Source: Candidatus Poribacteria bacterium (GTDB lineage Bacteria > Poribacteria > WGA-4E > JAJDTR01). Taken from it: a stretch of 64,000 nucleotides of DNA. The position numbers and the translations under genes were made by a program. Under the pieces are notes generated by a model. The model did no database searches. It was given only the letters and a program-made list of their open reading frames with translations, and had not been told where the DNA came from. The DNA is taken from positions 2,976,001 through 3,040,000 of the forward strand of contig CBDCTK010000002.1 in NCBI GenBank assembly GCA_965222225.1, in the 5' to 3' direction. This document shows, piece after piece, positions 1-9,898 of this stretch (positions within the stretch are counted from its first letter, which is position 1; each line of letters begins with the position of its first letter).

Positions 1-2
1 AT

Positions 3-1934
3 CGATTAACAACCCTTCAGCGCTTTCATAGGTGTGCCGAAGCACAAGAAATGCAGGTGGCTCAAGGAGAACTTCCTTTTCCAGAGCGTACCGTGCTGTT
101 GGTGCGAGCCTCGCTTGAGCAAATGCAAGGTTCCATGACCATCCTCAATAACATTGCTGAACTACGGCGTGCGAAAGAGACAGCGGAGTTCTTTGATGTC
201 ATGCCAATTGATGAACAACGCGCGTGGGTGGACGATTTGCTGACCCGGACCCGGTATCCGTCTGAAGAAGAAAATGTACCTTATGTCTGCCTACTGGATA
301 CAGGCGTTAATCGTGGTCACCCGTTACTTACCCCTGCTCTTGCTGCTGAGGATTTACATACGGTCGACCCCGCGTGGGGAGTTGATGACACCCACGGTCA
401 TGGGACACAGATGGCAGGACTTGCACTTACGGGCGATTTGACAGAACTCCTCACGGGTAGCGATCCAGTGGAACTCAATCATCGTCTCGAGTCGGTGAAG
501 TTGCTACAGCAGAATGGCGCAACTGGAGACGATCCCCATTATCATGGGCGCCTGACGATAGGAGCAGTGGCGCGTCCCGAAATTACCGATCCGCTACGCC
601 GGCGTGTCTTCGGAATGGCTATCACAACCCGAGACAATCGCGACAGAGGGAAGCCGTCTGCATGGTCGGCTGTGCTTGATTTACTAGCGGCAGATGTCGA
701 CGGAAATGGAGCGAATCCACGTCTGTTGATTGTATCTGCCGGGAACGTAGACGACTTGAATGCCTGGTCTCGCTATCCGCATAGCAACGACTCGGATGGA
801 TTACACGACCCTGCTCAGGCTTGGAATGCCCTCACCGTCGGGGCATACACGAATCTCGTGCGAATCACTGACTCCGACGCAACTGGTTACACACCAATTG
901 CTCCGGCCGGAGGACTCAGCCCGTACAGCACGACCTCACTGACATGGCAAAAACATTGGCCACTGAAGCCCGATGTCGTATTTGAAGGAGGCAATGTCGC
1001 AAAGGACTCCCTTAGCGCTTCTTGGATGCGTAGCCTAAGCCTTTTAACCACGGACCATGAATCTACAAGTCGGATTTTCACGACAGCCCGCGCTACGAGC
1101 GCTGCCACCGCGCTTGCTTCCCGGTTCGCTGCGCAAATAATGGCGGTTTATCCCAATCTGCGGCCTGAAACGTTACGGACCCTCATTGTACATTCGGCAG
1201 AATGGACGACCGGCATGAAGCGTACGTTCATGCCCGCACACGGCAACTGGTCAAAGAACGACTATCTGCGTCTCGTGCGGCGATGTGGGTTCGGCGTTCC
1301 CGACCTTGACCGCGCTCTTTGGACCGTTGCGAACTCTTTAACGATGGTCATTGAAGAAAGTTTGCAACCATTCAAACAAGGGATGAGCAGTGAAGCTGTA
1401 TTCCGTGATATGCATTTCCACCATCTGCCTTGGCCTATCGACATACTTGAGGGACTCGGAGAAACAGAGGTCGAAATGCGTGTCACGCTCTCCTATTTCA
1501 TTGAGCCCAACCCATCGCAAAGGGGAGTTAATTCACGTTACCGATATGGTTCTCACGGCCTTCGCTTTGATGTGAAGCGGCCGCTGGAAACGACTAGCAG
1601 CTTTCGTAGACGAGTTAATGCGGCCGCGGAAGCAGCGGATAACGGTAGCAGTCAGACTGATTACGATTCACCGTGGCTAATTGGAGTACAAGGGCGTCAT
1701 AGGGGATCGATTCACGGCGATATCTGGCGAGGCACCGCAGCAGATCTTGCGAGCCAAGGCGTTATTGCGGTCTATCCCGCGGCAGTATGGTGGAAATCAC
1801 GAACCAAACTTGAGCGATTCGATCAATCCGCAAGGTATTCTCTAGTCGTCAGCATCAGGTCACCAGAGGTCAAAGTGGATCTCTACGCTGCCGTCGCGAA
1901 TCAAGTCGCGCCAGAGATCCAAGTGGAAATCTAA
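3..1934 (+). CDS. S8 (subtilisin-like) peptidase of the defence-associated IetS type; 5' end probably outside the window
   Basis: Triad motifs LLDTGVN, HGHGTQMAG and ARATSAAT, plus SAGN and KPDVVFEGGN; the frame is open from base 3. Confidence 0.85.
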   Translation, partial: RLTTLQRFHRCAEAQEMQVAQGELPFPERTVLLVRASLEQMQGSMTILNNIAELRRAKETAEFFDVMPIDEQRAWVDDLLTRTRYPSEEENVPYVCLLDTGVNRGHPLLTPALAAEDLHTVDPAWGVDDTHGHGTQMAGLALTGDLTELLTGSDPVELNHRLESVKLLQQNGATGDDPHYHGRLTIGAVARPEITDPLRRRVFGMAITTRDNRDRGKPSAWSAVLDLLAADVDGNGANPRLLIVSAGNVDDLNAWSRYPHSNDSDGLHDPAQAWNALTVGAYTNLVRITDSDATGYTPIAPAGGLSPYSTTSLTWQKHWPLKPDVVFEGGNVAKDSLSASWMRSLSLLTTDHESTSRIFTTARATSAATALASRFAAQIMAVYPNLRPETLRTLIVHSAEWTTGMKRTFMPAHGNWSKNDYLRLVRRCGFGVPDLDRALWTVANSLTMVIEESLQPFKQGMSSEAVFRDMHFHHLPWPIDILEGLGETEVEMRVTLSYFIEPNPSQRGVNSRYRYGSHGLRFDVKRPLETTSSFRRRVNAAAEAADNGSSQTDYDSPWLIGVQGRHRGSIHGDIWRGTAADLASQGVIAVYPAAVWWKSRTKLERFDQSARYSLVVSIRSPEVKVDLYAAVANQVAPEIQVEI

Positions 1935-2085
1935 GATGGATTTCAGAATTGCCAATACTTCCACAAACAGTTTCGCCATCCCCTCCAGAAATGAGTGGAA
2001 GATCTAAGCAGCCTGCCTTCGACCTTCAAATATATTAGAAGTAAATGGTGCTGCTAAAGATTCGATCAAAAACAGGAGTCGCGTA

Positions 2086-3645
2086 ATGAAAACACACGGG
2101 GACACCGAGGCCACGGAGACACGGATTTCGACACTCCCAAATGTTCGGATTTCGGCGGAGAATTTCGGTCCTATCGTGAACGGCAGTATAGATCTGCGGC
2201 CCCTGACGGTGTTGGTTGGTCCCAGCAACACTGGCAAGACCTACTTCGCCACGCTCATTTACGCACTTCACAAGATTCTCCCCGACTTCTCGCTGCTTCC
2301 AGTTATGTATCAACACCTTTATCGTTTTGTGCAGGATTTGGGCAATTCCAAAACGGCAACGGCGGTCGCCTACCCGTGGGAAGCCGCGCTTCAAGATGTA
2401 GTCGAAAAACTTGAGACCAACGGGTGGCGGTTCATGTTCACGGACTTGCCCGAGCCCGTGCGCGAGCGATGGCAGACTGTTCTCAAGGACCACGAGTTGC
2501 TGGGCGAGGATTTGAAATCCGAACTGCAACGCTGTTTCGGCCTTCAGTTCGTTTCCGAGTTGGTGCGGCTGTCGACGAATTCAAACAGTGCTCAGCTTTC
2601 ATTGAATGTCAGTGAAGAATGTCAGTCCCTTTGGAATTTTGACATGAAAGTCTCGGCATCGGGTATTACTACAGATGGAGGACAAATCCAAGACATGGAG
2701 CTCTTCCCTGATGGCGGGGCTGTTCCCAACCGCTGGGGATACAGGAAATTTCGAGAGTTGACAAAAAAGACCGTCGAAGAATTCTTTGACGAATTCCTGT
2801 ATTCCGCCACTTGGAATGACAGACGAGGTGAATCGCATTACCTGCCCGCTGCGCGGAGCGGAATCATGCTGAGCCATCGCCTCATTTCAAGTTCCTTGTT
2901 GACAAACGCACCCCGCGCAGGACTGGACCCATTTCCGGAGATTCCGACGTTTTCAGGCGCGGTGGCGGATTTCCTGAAACAACTTATCCTTTACGAAGAG
3001 GAACGTACAGCCGACGATCTCATGAAAGACCTTGCCGATGTGCTTGAACGTGATGTGCTTGACGGGCAGATACGGGTCAACAGGGCTTCAGCGGGAGGGT
3101 ATCCGGATTTCGTGTATCAGCCACAGAAAACGAAGGAAATCATCCGCTTGGCTCGTGCGTCGTCCATGGTGACCGAACTGGCGCCCGTTGTGCTACTCCT
3201 CCGCAACGTCATTGCCCGCGGCGATATGCTCATCATTGATGAACCCGAGGCGCATCTTCATCCCGCAGCTCAAACCCAGATGGCGAAGGCTCTAGGGCGC
3301 TTAGTACGCGCCGGGGTGCGGGTGGTGGTTACAACGCACAGCGACTGGTTGCTTATGGAGATTGGAAACCTAATACGTGAGGGCGACCTGGAGGAAAAGA
3401 TTGGTGAGCCAATCAATGAGCAAGCCCTTCCAAGTTCGCTCCAGCCGAGCGACGTGGGAGTCTGGCTGTTCCGCGACGATGGGACTTCGTCGGCCTCGAA
3501 GGTGGAAGAAATCCCGTTTGACCGTATCGAAGGCGTGGAACCTAGGGAGTATGAAGATGTCGCTGAGACGCTTTACAACCGCTCAGCAGGCTTGCAGAAC
3601 CGACTCGCAGAAACCGTGAAAGAGGTCGGTTGCCGAGATGAATGA
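2086..3645 (+). CDS. AAA_15/AAA_21-type ABC-like ATPase
   Basis: NFGPI N-terminus, Walker A GPSNTGKT, Walker B/D-loop IIDEPEAHLHP, H-loop TTHS; AGGAG SD. Confidence 0.88.
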   Translation: MKTHGDTEATETRISTLPNVRISAENFGPIVNGSIDLRPLTVLVGPSNTGKTYFATLIYALHKILPDFSLLPVMYQHLYRFVQDLGNSKTATAVAYPWEAALQDVVEKLETNGWRFMFTDLPEPVRERWQTVLKDHELLGEDLKSELQRCFGLQFVSELVRLSTNSNSAQLSLNVSEECQSLWNFDMKVSASGITTDGGQIQDMELFPDGGAVPNRWGYRKFRELTKKTVEEFFDEFLYSATWNDRRGESHYLPAARSGIMLSHRLISSSLLTNAPRAGLDPFPEIPTFSGAVADFLKQLILYEEERTADDLMKDLADVLERDVLDGQIRVNRASAGGYPDFVYQPQKTKEIIRLARASSMVTELAPVVLLLRNVIARGDMLIIDEPEAHLHPAAQTQMAKALGRLVRAGVRVVVTTHSDWLLMEIGNLIREGDLEEKIGEPINEQALPSSLQPSDVGVWLFRDDGTSSASKVEEIPFDRIEGVEPREYEDVAETLYNRSAGLQNRLAETVKEVGCRDE

Positions 3646-4117
3646 GATTCTTGAGAACATCAAGGAAAATGTGGGTGAAGAAAACTTAAGTGAGTCGTGC
3701 GAAGAAAATGACTGCATAGCTTCCTTAGAAGCTGTGCCTTTGCCTCGAGTCGTGGTAGATGCAAACAAGGCGTTCCCGGCTCATAAAATTGGAGGCAAAC
3801 GATGCGACTGCATTGTTTTTTTCATGAATGCTGCCGAAGACCGGTTAGTTACAGTCCCGATTGAACTCAAGGGAGGCAGTGTCGATGCATCGGAGGTGTT
3901 TGAGCAATTGCAACAGGGAGCGAGTTTCGCCGATCGCTTCGTACCGAGAAACCACAACTCTATCTGTTCTCCGATTCTGATCCATGGGCAGGGCATTCAC
4001 AAAAGTCAACAGAAGAAACTTAACCGCGCTAAAGTTCGATTTCGTGGGGCTGACTGCACCATAGAGAGAGATCGCTGTGATCGTCCTAGGAATCTGGCGA
4101 ATGCCCTGTCGAGGTGA
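3638..4117 (+). CDS. Hypothetical protein, possible PD-(D/E)xK nuclease partner of the ATPase
   Basis: Overlaps the ATPase stop; carries KRCDCIVF...PIELKGG and QLQ motifs. Confidence 0.6.
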   Translation: MNEILENIKENVGEENLSESCEENDCIASLEAVPLPRVVVDANKAFPAHKIGGKRCDCIVFFMNAAEDRLVTVPIELKGGSVDASEVFEQLQQGASFADRFVPRNHNSICSPILIHGQGIHKSQQKKLNRAKVRFRGADCTIERDRCDRPRNLANALSR

Positions 4118-4473
4118 CCTGTGGATTCAAACCGATGTCCAACTGTTCTGAGGCAGACTTCGTACATTTAAGTAATATAACAGACGATTTCAATCTAACG
4201 TTGAGGAAAAGCGGCGGAGATTTTAATTATCTGGTTTTCTTGGTTGACTATTGAAAAACTTGCGAACAGTTCCTGATACTATGCAACCTGTAAGATTTCT
4301 ATCGCCTTCACTACTCGTTCGGTTGATCCCGCTCTGGGGCTTTGGTGTGAGGTAGCTTAGAATTACTATACACCTTTCGTGCCGCTGGCGCTTTCAAAGG
4401 CTGGTGGGCAGTGCCCGCCCTACAGGAGTTGTAAGTTCTCTAAAATGACAGTACATCAATGGCGTGAGTTAAA

Positions 4474-4500
4474 GTCGCGATTCGGAGATCGCTCCTACAG
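4474..4500. repeat. REP family A (gtcgcgattcggagatcgctcctac)
   Basis: Further copies near 6140, 8201, 18396 and 40058, with a variant near 46968. Confidence 0.85.
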
Positions 4501-4570
4501 ACAGGACGTGGAATGAAGGACCTATTTCCGATTTGAGGATTGCAGATTTTCTTTGGAGTGGAGGTTTTAA

Positions 4571-5965
4571 GTGGGTAACAGATACCTTGTGCTTGATACG
4601 CGCGTCACGGAGAGGGCGCAGAATGCAAAGCTGGTCGTTATGGCGGCGGAGAAGGATGCGCGCAACCCTCTCTTTGGCGAGGATAAGCCGTGGGAGCAGC
4701 GTTTCGACAATCTATACCCGAACGCGATGTATGACCGGCAGGAAGAGTTGTATAAATGCTGGTACAGCCCCTTCATCGCGGATCTATCCGCCAAGAGCAT
4801 CGGTTTGGCGGAGCGGCAGGCGAGGGAGTATAACCCTCCGAAGGGGCGTGAGATGGGGTTGTGCTACGCCACGTCCGAGGACGGGATTGTGTGGGATAAG
4901 CCGGAACTCGGACTTGTCGAATTTGAGGGGAGCACGAAGAATAACCTCGTCATCCGCACCGTGCACGGATCGGGCGTTCTGAAGGAACATCGCGAACAGG
5001 ATCCGGCGAAACGCTACAAGATACTCACCTCCTGCGGACGGAAGGGTTTGGGCGTCTCGTATTCGCCGGACGGGGTTACGTGGGAGCCGCCATCTTTGTG
5101 TCCGACGATTAATCCCTATCGGGTTGACGGCACGCATTATAATGTCCTGTGGGTCGAGGAGTTGGGGGAGTACGTCGGGTTTACGCGGATGCGCGACCCG
5201 TGCGACGATGGTCTCAAAGAGGTGATGGAGCGCCACGGCGCATGGCCGCCGCGGCAGGTGGGACGAACCACAAGCAAGGACTTCCTGAATTGGACGCAAG
5301 CCACGGCGGTCATGCAGGGAACGGACGAGAATCTACAGATATACTCCATGCCCGTCTTTCGCCACGGGAGCGTGTATCTCGGTCTGCCGGTCATCCATAA
5401 CCAACGGACGGATAGGGCTTGGACGGAGTTGGCGTGGAGCCCGGACACGGTTGAATGGCGTTTCGTGTGCCCCGGCTCGCCGCTCATACCAAACAGCGAT
5501 GAGATCGGCAGCTACGACTGGGGGTGCGCCTATTCGTCTGCCTATCCAATCGTTCTGGAGGACGAAATTCGTCTCTATTACGGCGCGAGCAACTGGCTGC
5601 ATTTCGGTTGGCGCGACGGGTTTTTCTGCTTGGCGCGGCTGCGCCCGGACGGGTTCGCGGGATACGAGCAGGTCTCCGCGAAGAGGCCCGCGGTTGTCAC
5701 ATCCAAGCCGATGGCAATCACGGGAAGTGAACTTCATCTGTGTGCGGATGTTTACGGCGTCGGCTCGGTGAAGGTGCGCTTGTTGAATAAAGCCGATGAA
5801 GGGGTGATTGCCGAGAGCCAGCCGATAGGTGAAACCGTAACCGACGGCGTTGTAACGTGGCAGAATAGCTTTTCATTCAGCTCCGTCAAGGGAGAAGATT
5901 TACGCATCGAGTTCAGCATGAACGGCGCGAAGTTGTATTCGTTCGGGTTTGATTTGAAACCGTGA
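4571..5965 (+). CDS. GH32/GH43-like five-bladed beta-propeller hypothetical hydrolase
   Basis: YATSEDGIVWDKPELG and YSPDGVTW Asp-box-like repeats; C-terminal LARLRPDGF ... LYSF sandwich; GGAGG SD. Confidence 0.7.
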   Translation: MGNRYLVLDTRVTERAQNAKLVVMAAEKDARNPLFGEDKPWEQRFDNLYPNAMYDRQEELYKCWYSPFIADLSAKSIGLAERQAREYNPPKGREMGLCYATSEDGIVWDKPELGLVEFEGSTKNNLVIRTVHGSGVLKEHREQDPAKRYKILTSCGRKGLGVSYSPDGVTWEPPSLCPTINPYRVDGTHYNVLWVEELGEYVGFTRMRDPCDDGLKEVMERHGAWPPRQVGRTTSKDFLNWTQATAVMQGTDENLQIYSMPVFRHGSVYLGLPVIHNQRTDRAWTELAWSPDTVEWRFVCPGSPLIPNSDEIGSYDWGCAYSSAYPIVLEDEIRLYYGASNWLHFGWRDGFFCLARLRPDGFAGYEQVSAKRPAVVTSKPMAITGSELHLCADVYGVGSVKVRLLNKADEGVIAESQPIGETVTDGVVTWQNSFSFSSVKGEDLRIEFSMNGAKLYSFGFDLKP

Positions 5966-6271
5966 AGTGAGTTTTGGTATTGTAGTTTATATTGCGGGGT
6001 GATTAGGGGGATAGGATTGGAAGGATGGAAGAGCGGAAGGGCGGAAGATTTCGTTTCATGCCGTCCTCGAAATGGAACGTTTAGAGCGTGTTAAGTTATG
6101 GATCAATTTATGGCCCTGTGTTGCTCCTACGGGGGAGAGGTCGCGATTCGGAGATCGCTCCTACAGAAGACGCGCAATAAAGTGTTGAAGTTTATATTGT
6201 GAAAAGGGGAAATTGTCATGTCGGCTAAACATCTCAATAACAGACGGAACAAAGGTAACGGAGGCTATCGG

Positions 6272-7141
6272 ATGCGAAACTACACCTTAAGCACAATTGC
6301 CATGCTCGGCATGGCGTTTAACCTACTCCTATCATTCTCGACGGCGCACGCTCAAGGGGTTGCCGATCCCGTGCTCTACTTTGACCCACTCGAAACCGAT
6401 CAGAAAGGAGGTGACAAAGTTTGGAGAAATGCGGGCACCGCCGGCGGAGAATTGGAGAGGACCGGCAGCCCGCGCTTGGAAGAGGGCGTCATCGAGATTA
6501 AATCTATCGGATTTAAACAAGATACCAAATGGTATACCGCGGATAAATCCGGTTCGACGTTCAGCAATGCGGCGCCAGGGGGTGATGTCCCTGTTGTCAA
6601 CCTTGAAGACTTCACGATGGGACTGCTAATGAGGATTAATGGCGGCTTAATCGCACAAGAGCACCATCTTGTCGGGCTGCAGGCGAACCCAAAAGAGCAG
6701 ATCCAAAATGTGCGGATCTGGCTAGACCAAAACGGCGGAGGTTTCGATAACGTTAGCATTGCCCAGGGCGCTATCGGTGCACGCGCCGATCTTAGGGTCG
6801 GTCAGACGCAGATGACTTTCGCGCAAGGCAAGTGGCACTGGACGCATCTGGTGTTTGAAAGCGGGGATAGTCTCACCGGTTACATCAATGGCGAGAAAGT
6901 TTCCGAGAGTCGGACGGGGGTGAAGTGGAGCGATAAGCATGATATGAACTTGCACGCCATCTTCGCTCATAGCCGGCCCGAGGCGGTCCGGACCTGAAAT
7001 TGTTCGATATCTATCTACCGGGTGTATGACCGGGCGCTCAGTTCTGCGGAAATTGAGCAAAATGTTCGAGGGTCGTTCGCGGTTGAGCCGACGGGGAAAT
7101 TGGCGACCACGTGGGGTACGCTGAAGAGCCAGTTTGAATAG
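6272..7141 (+). CDS. Secreted LamG-like protein interrupted by an in-frame TGA at 6995-6997 (recoded or pseudogene)
   Basis: Signal peptide and WHWTHLVF...YING LamG motif; past the TGA the frame continues as NCSISIYRVYDRALSSAEI...GKLATTWGTLK to TAG at 7141. Confidence 0.75.
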
Positions 7142-7320
7142 TGATGGCAAGCCATATCGTAGTCGTTCTTGGCTTTTGTAGAGAATTACGATCGTTATTC
7201 TTTACAGCGAAATCGCCGAATTAGGCGGATTTGACGCACAAGAATTAGTTTCAAGGCAAACGAAGTTGTTGCAAATGGGTTTTAAACAGGCTCTAAACCG
7301 AACGAGGAGGTCCAACTTTC

Positions 7321-8010
7321 GTGATTAGCGTGGATGAAGCCAATGTCCGGTTGGCGGAAGAGGGCTACTGTGTGTTGGAAGGGTTATTGGATCCGGCGGA
7401 AGCGGATCGACTCGGCGAATTGTCGCGTCCCCGGATGAAGGCGCCCGAGCCGAATTTCTATCATCTGGGAGGTGCGCTCAACGACGTGCCTCAACTCGCG
7501 TCCCTGTGTCTGCATCCGACAATCCTTGAGATTGCGGAACATGAACTCGGCGAGGGGTTTATACTTGCCAACAACGTGGATGTCACACTGACCGAACCCG
7601 GAGCCCCGTCGCAGCCGTTGCATGCGGACGTTCCGTTGTCTTGGATGCCTCAACCGTGGCCCTCGTTTCCCACCGCATTACAGGTGTTCTGGATGCTTAC
7701 CGATTACACACCGGACAACGGAGCAACGGTTGTTGTGCCTTTCAGTCATCACGCGCGGCGGCCCCCGACGCGAGCCCACTATCCGCAGGAACTTCCGGTG
7801 CTCGGCAGCAAAGGATCCGCGTTCCTCATGCGCCCCGGTGTCTGGCACCGACGCGGTGAGAATACCAGCCAAGACCGACATCGAGGTACGGTCAACATCT
7901 TCTACCTGCCGCGGTACATCCACCGCCCCAAAGATACATGGCCTCTGGTGAAGCAAAGCGTCTACGAACGGCTGCCGGCGCGTTTACAAGAAATGACGAG
8001 TTCTGTCTGA
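7321..8010 (+). CDS. Phytanoyl-CoA dioxygenase (PhyH) family Fe/2OG oxygenase
   Basis: GYCVLEG, LHAD, NGATVVVPFSH and WHR motifs. Confidence 0.88.
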   Translation: MISVDEANVRLAEEGYCVLEGLLDPAEADRLGELSRPRMKAPEPNFYHLGGALNDVPQLASLCLHPTILEIAEHELGEGFILANNVDVTLTEPGAPSQPLHADVPLSWMPQPWPSFPTALQVFWMLTDYTPDNGATVVVPFSHHARRPPTRAHYPQELPVLGSKGSAFLMRPGVWHRRGENTSQDRHRGTVNIFYLPRYIHRPKDTWPLVKQSVYERLPARLQEMTSSV

Positions 8011-8089
8011 TATCAACAATCGAGAGTATGCTGCCGCGTCAATTCCATTTTGTTCGTTGCCACGTGGTAGAAGAGTTGCTATTGGATTT

Positions 8090-8259
8090 CTATAGTCATT
8101 GTGATTAAGAATTACACATATGGGATTCGCTCGGATCGGTTTGTAGTAGCACAATTTATTGCGCGTCTTCTGTAGGAGTGAGTTCTACTCGCGACAATGG
8201 GTCGCGATCGGGAGATCGCTCCTACAGAAATGTGAAATTCTTAGTTGTAATGACTATAG
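8090..8259. repeat. MITE-like element with ~29 bp imperfect terminal inverted repeats enclosing a REP pair
   Basis: ctatagtcattgtgattaagaattacaca versus tgtgaaattcttagttgtaatgactatag; inside are tgtaggagtgag...tcgcgac and gtcgcga...cgctcctaca. Confidence 0.6.
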
Positions 8260-8348
8260 AGAAATAGTATACGCATCACTTTTCGAATTCATGATTGAAG
8301 AGGAATCACTATCGATCAGTCGTAACCTGTAACGAGGAGTTTTATTTG

Positions 8349-9881
8349 ATGTCAATTAACGAGAGTATGCTGCTGCTTGACGAGGCTCTGATTGACGCGG
8401 AGAGCGGCATTGAACGGGAGGTTCACCCCGGGAAGAAAAGCGATTTTGTCATGGAGCCTGACAGGGATAAGCCGTGGGAGTATTCCGGACCCGGGATGAG
8501 CAAACGCATTCATCTATACGGCACGACGCTTTACGACGATCTCATGGAGAAATACCGGATGTGGTATTTCGCCCGAATGGGACCGCACTGGCGCCAAGAG
8601 GCGGGCAACTATCAGATTCCGGGCTTGTATGTGCCTCGTACCGACGAGAAACCGTACAATTGCAACGGCGTGACTCAGGACAAGTATGGGCGATCCTTTG
8701 TGGACAATGATCGGGGCGACCTGACCTGCTATGGGGAGAGCGATGACGGTATCAATTGGGTCAAACCGAATCTCGGCATTTTTACCTTCGACGGCAGCCC
8801 CGACAACAACATTATTTGGGATCTTCACGGGGCCTCGGTGTTCATCGACCGGGAAGAAGCGGATCCGAACAAGCGATACAAGGCTATCGGTTTTTGCCGC
8901 CGCTACCGCAACATCTTCCTCATCACATCGCCGGACGGTATCCATTGGGATGACAAGGACAATATCGAGCCTGTCTCGGATCGCGGGAATGAGGGCACGT
9001 TCAATGTGATTTGGGATCCCCACAGCAAAATATTCCGAGCGTATTCGATTGTTCGGTTCGATGACAAAGACAAACGCCGAGTCATTTGCTATACCGAAAG
9101 CCCCGCTCTCGAAGGACCATGGAAGGACTCGCTGCCCATGCTAGAGCCGACGCATTGGGACGACGAGGTCGGACGCCGCAAATACGGTGCACTGCGCGCC
9201 GAATTCCACAATCTGTCCGGTTTTCGGTACAACAACCTATATCTCGGCTTGGTGGGAGCGCTGTACGTGACGGCGGAGCAGATTCCCGGACAAAAGAATC
9301 AGATGCCGTGCGATGGGCCAATCGATTCGCAAATCGTGTACAGCCGTGACGGGATAAATTGGGCGCACGCCGACCGCGAACGGACGGCGGTCATTCCTCG
9401 CGGCGAAGGAGACGCCTTTGACCGGGGCATGATTATCGGAACCGCCAAGGAGCCGATAATCAAGGGAGACGAGGTTCACTGGTACTACACGGGCTGCGAG
9501 CACACGCACGGCGAGGCCGATATGGAAAAGCGTGTCAAGCGCTTGGCGCGCGCCACGTGGCAACGGCACCGGTTCGTCGCGCTGAGCGCACAAGACGACG
9601 GTGTGGTCACAACCAAGACGGTGCCTCTGCCTGAAGATGCGGCTGGTTTGGAAGTAAATGCAGACGCCGAAGGCGGGCAGGTGTGCGTGGAGCTTTGCGG
9701 AGCGGATGGACGGGTTTTGGACGGGTTCTCTCGGGAGGAATGTCTCCCGTTGAACAGTGATAACCTGCGGTGGCGGGTCGGATGGAAAGCCGGCGATATT
9801 TCAACAATCCACGGGGATGTGAAACTTCGGTTCCTACTGAATCGGAGCAAGATATACAGTTTCACATTTCGTAATCGGTAA
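8349..9881 (+). CDS. GH32-like beta-propeller hypothetical hydrolase, copy 1
   Basis: SDDGINWVKPNLG, SPDGIHW and SRDGINW motifs; GAGGAG SD. Confidence 0.7.
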   Translation: MSINESMLLLDEALIDAESGIEREVHPGKKSDFVMEPDRDKPWEYSGPGMSKRIHLYGTTLYDDLMEKYRMWYFARMGPHWRQEAGNYQIPGLYVPRTDEKPYNCNGVTQDKYGRSFVDNDRGDLTCYGESDDGINWVKPNLGIFTFDGSPDNNIIWDLHGASVFIDREEADPNKRYKAIGFCRRYRNIFLITSPDGIHWDDKDNIEPVSDRGNEGTFNVIWDPHSKIFRAYSIVRFDDKDKRRVICYTESPALEGPWKDSLPMLEPTHWDDEVGRRKYGALRAEFHNLSGFRYNNLYLGLVGALYVTAEQIPGQKNQMPCDGPIDSQIVYSRDGINWAHADRERTAVIPRGEGDAFDRGMIIGTAKEPIIKGDEVHWYYTGCEHTHGEADMEKRVKRLARATWQRHRFVALSAQDDGVVTTKTVPLPEDAAGLEVNADAEGGQVCVELCGADGRVLDGFSREECLPLNSDNLRWRVGWKAGDISTIHGDVKLRFLLNRSKIYSFTFRNR

Positions 9882-9898
9882 ACGGGGAGTTCCATTTG

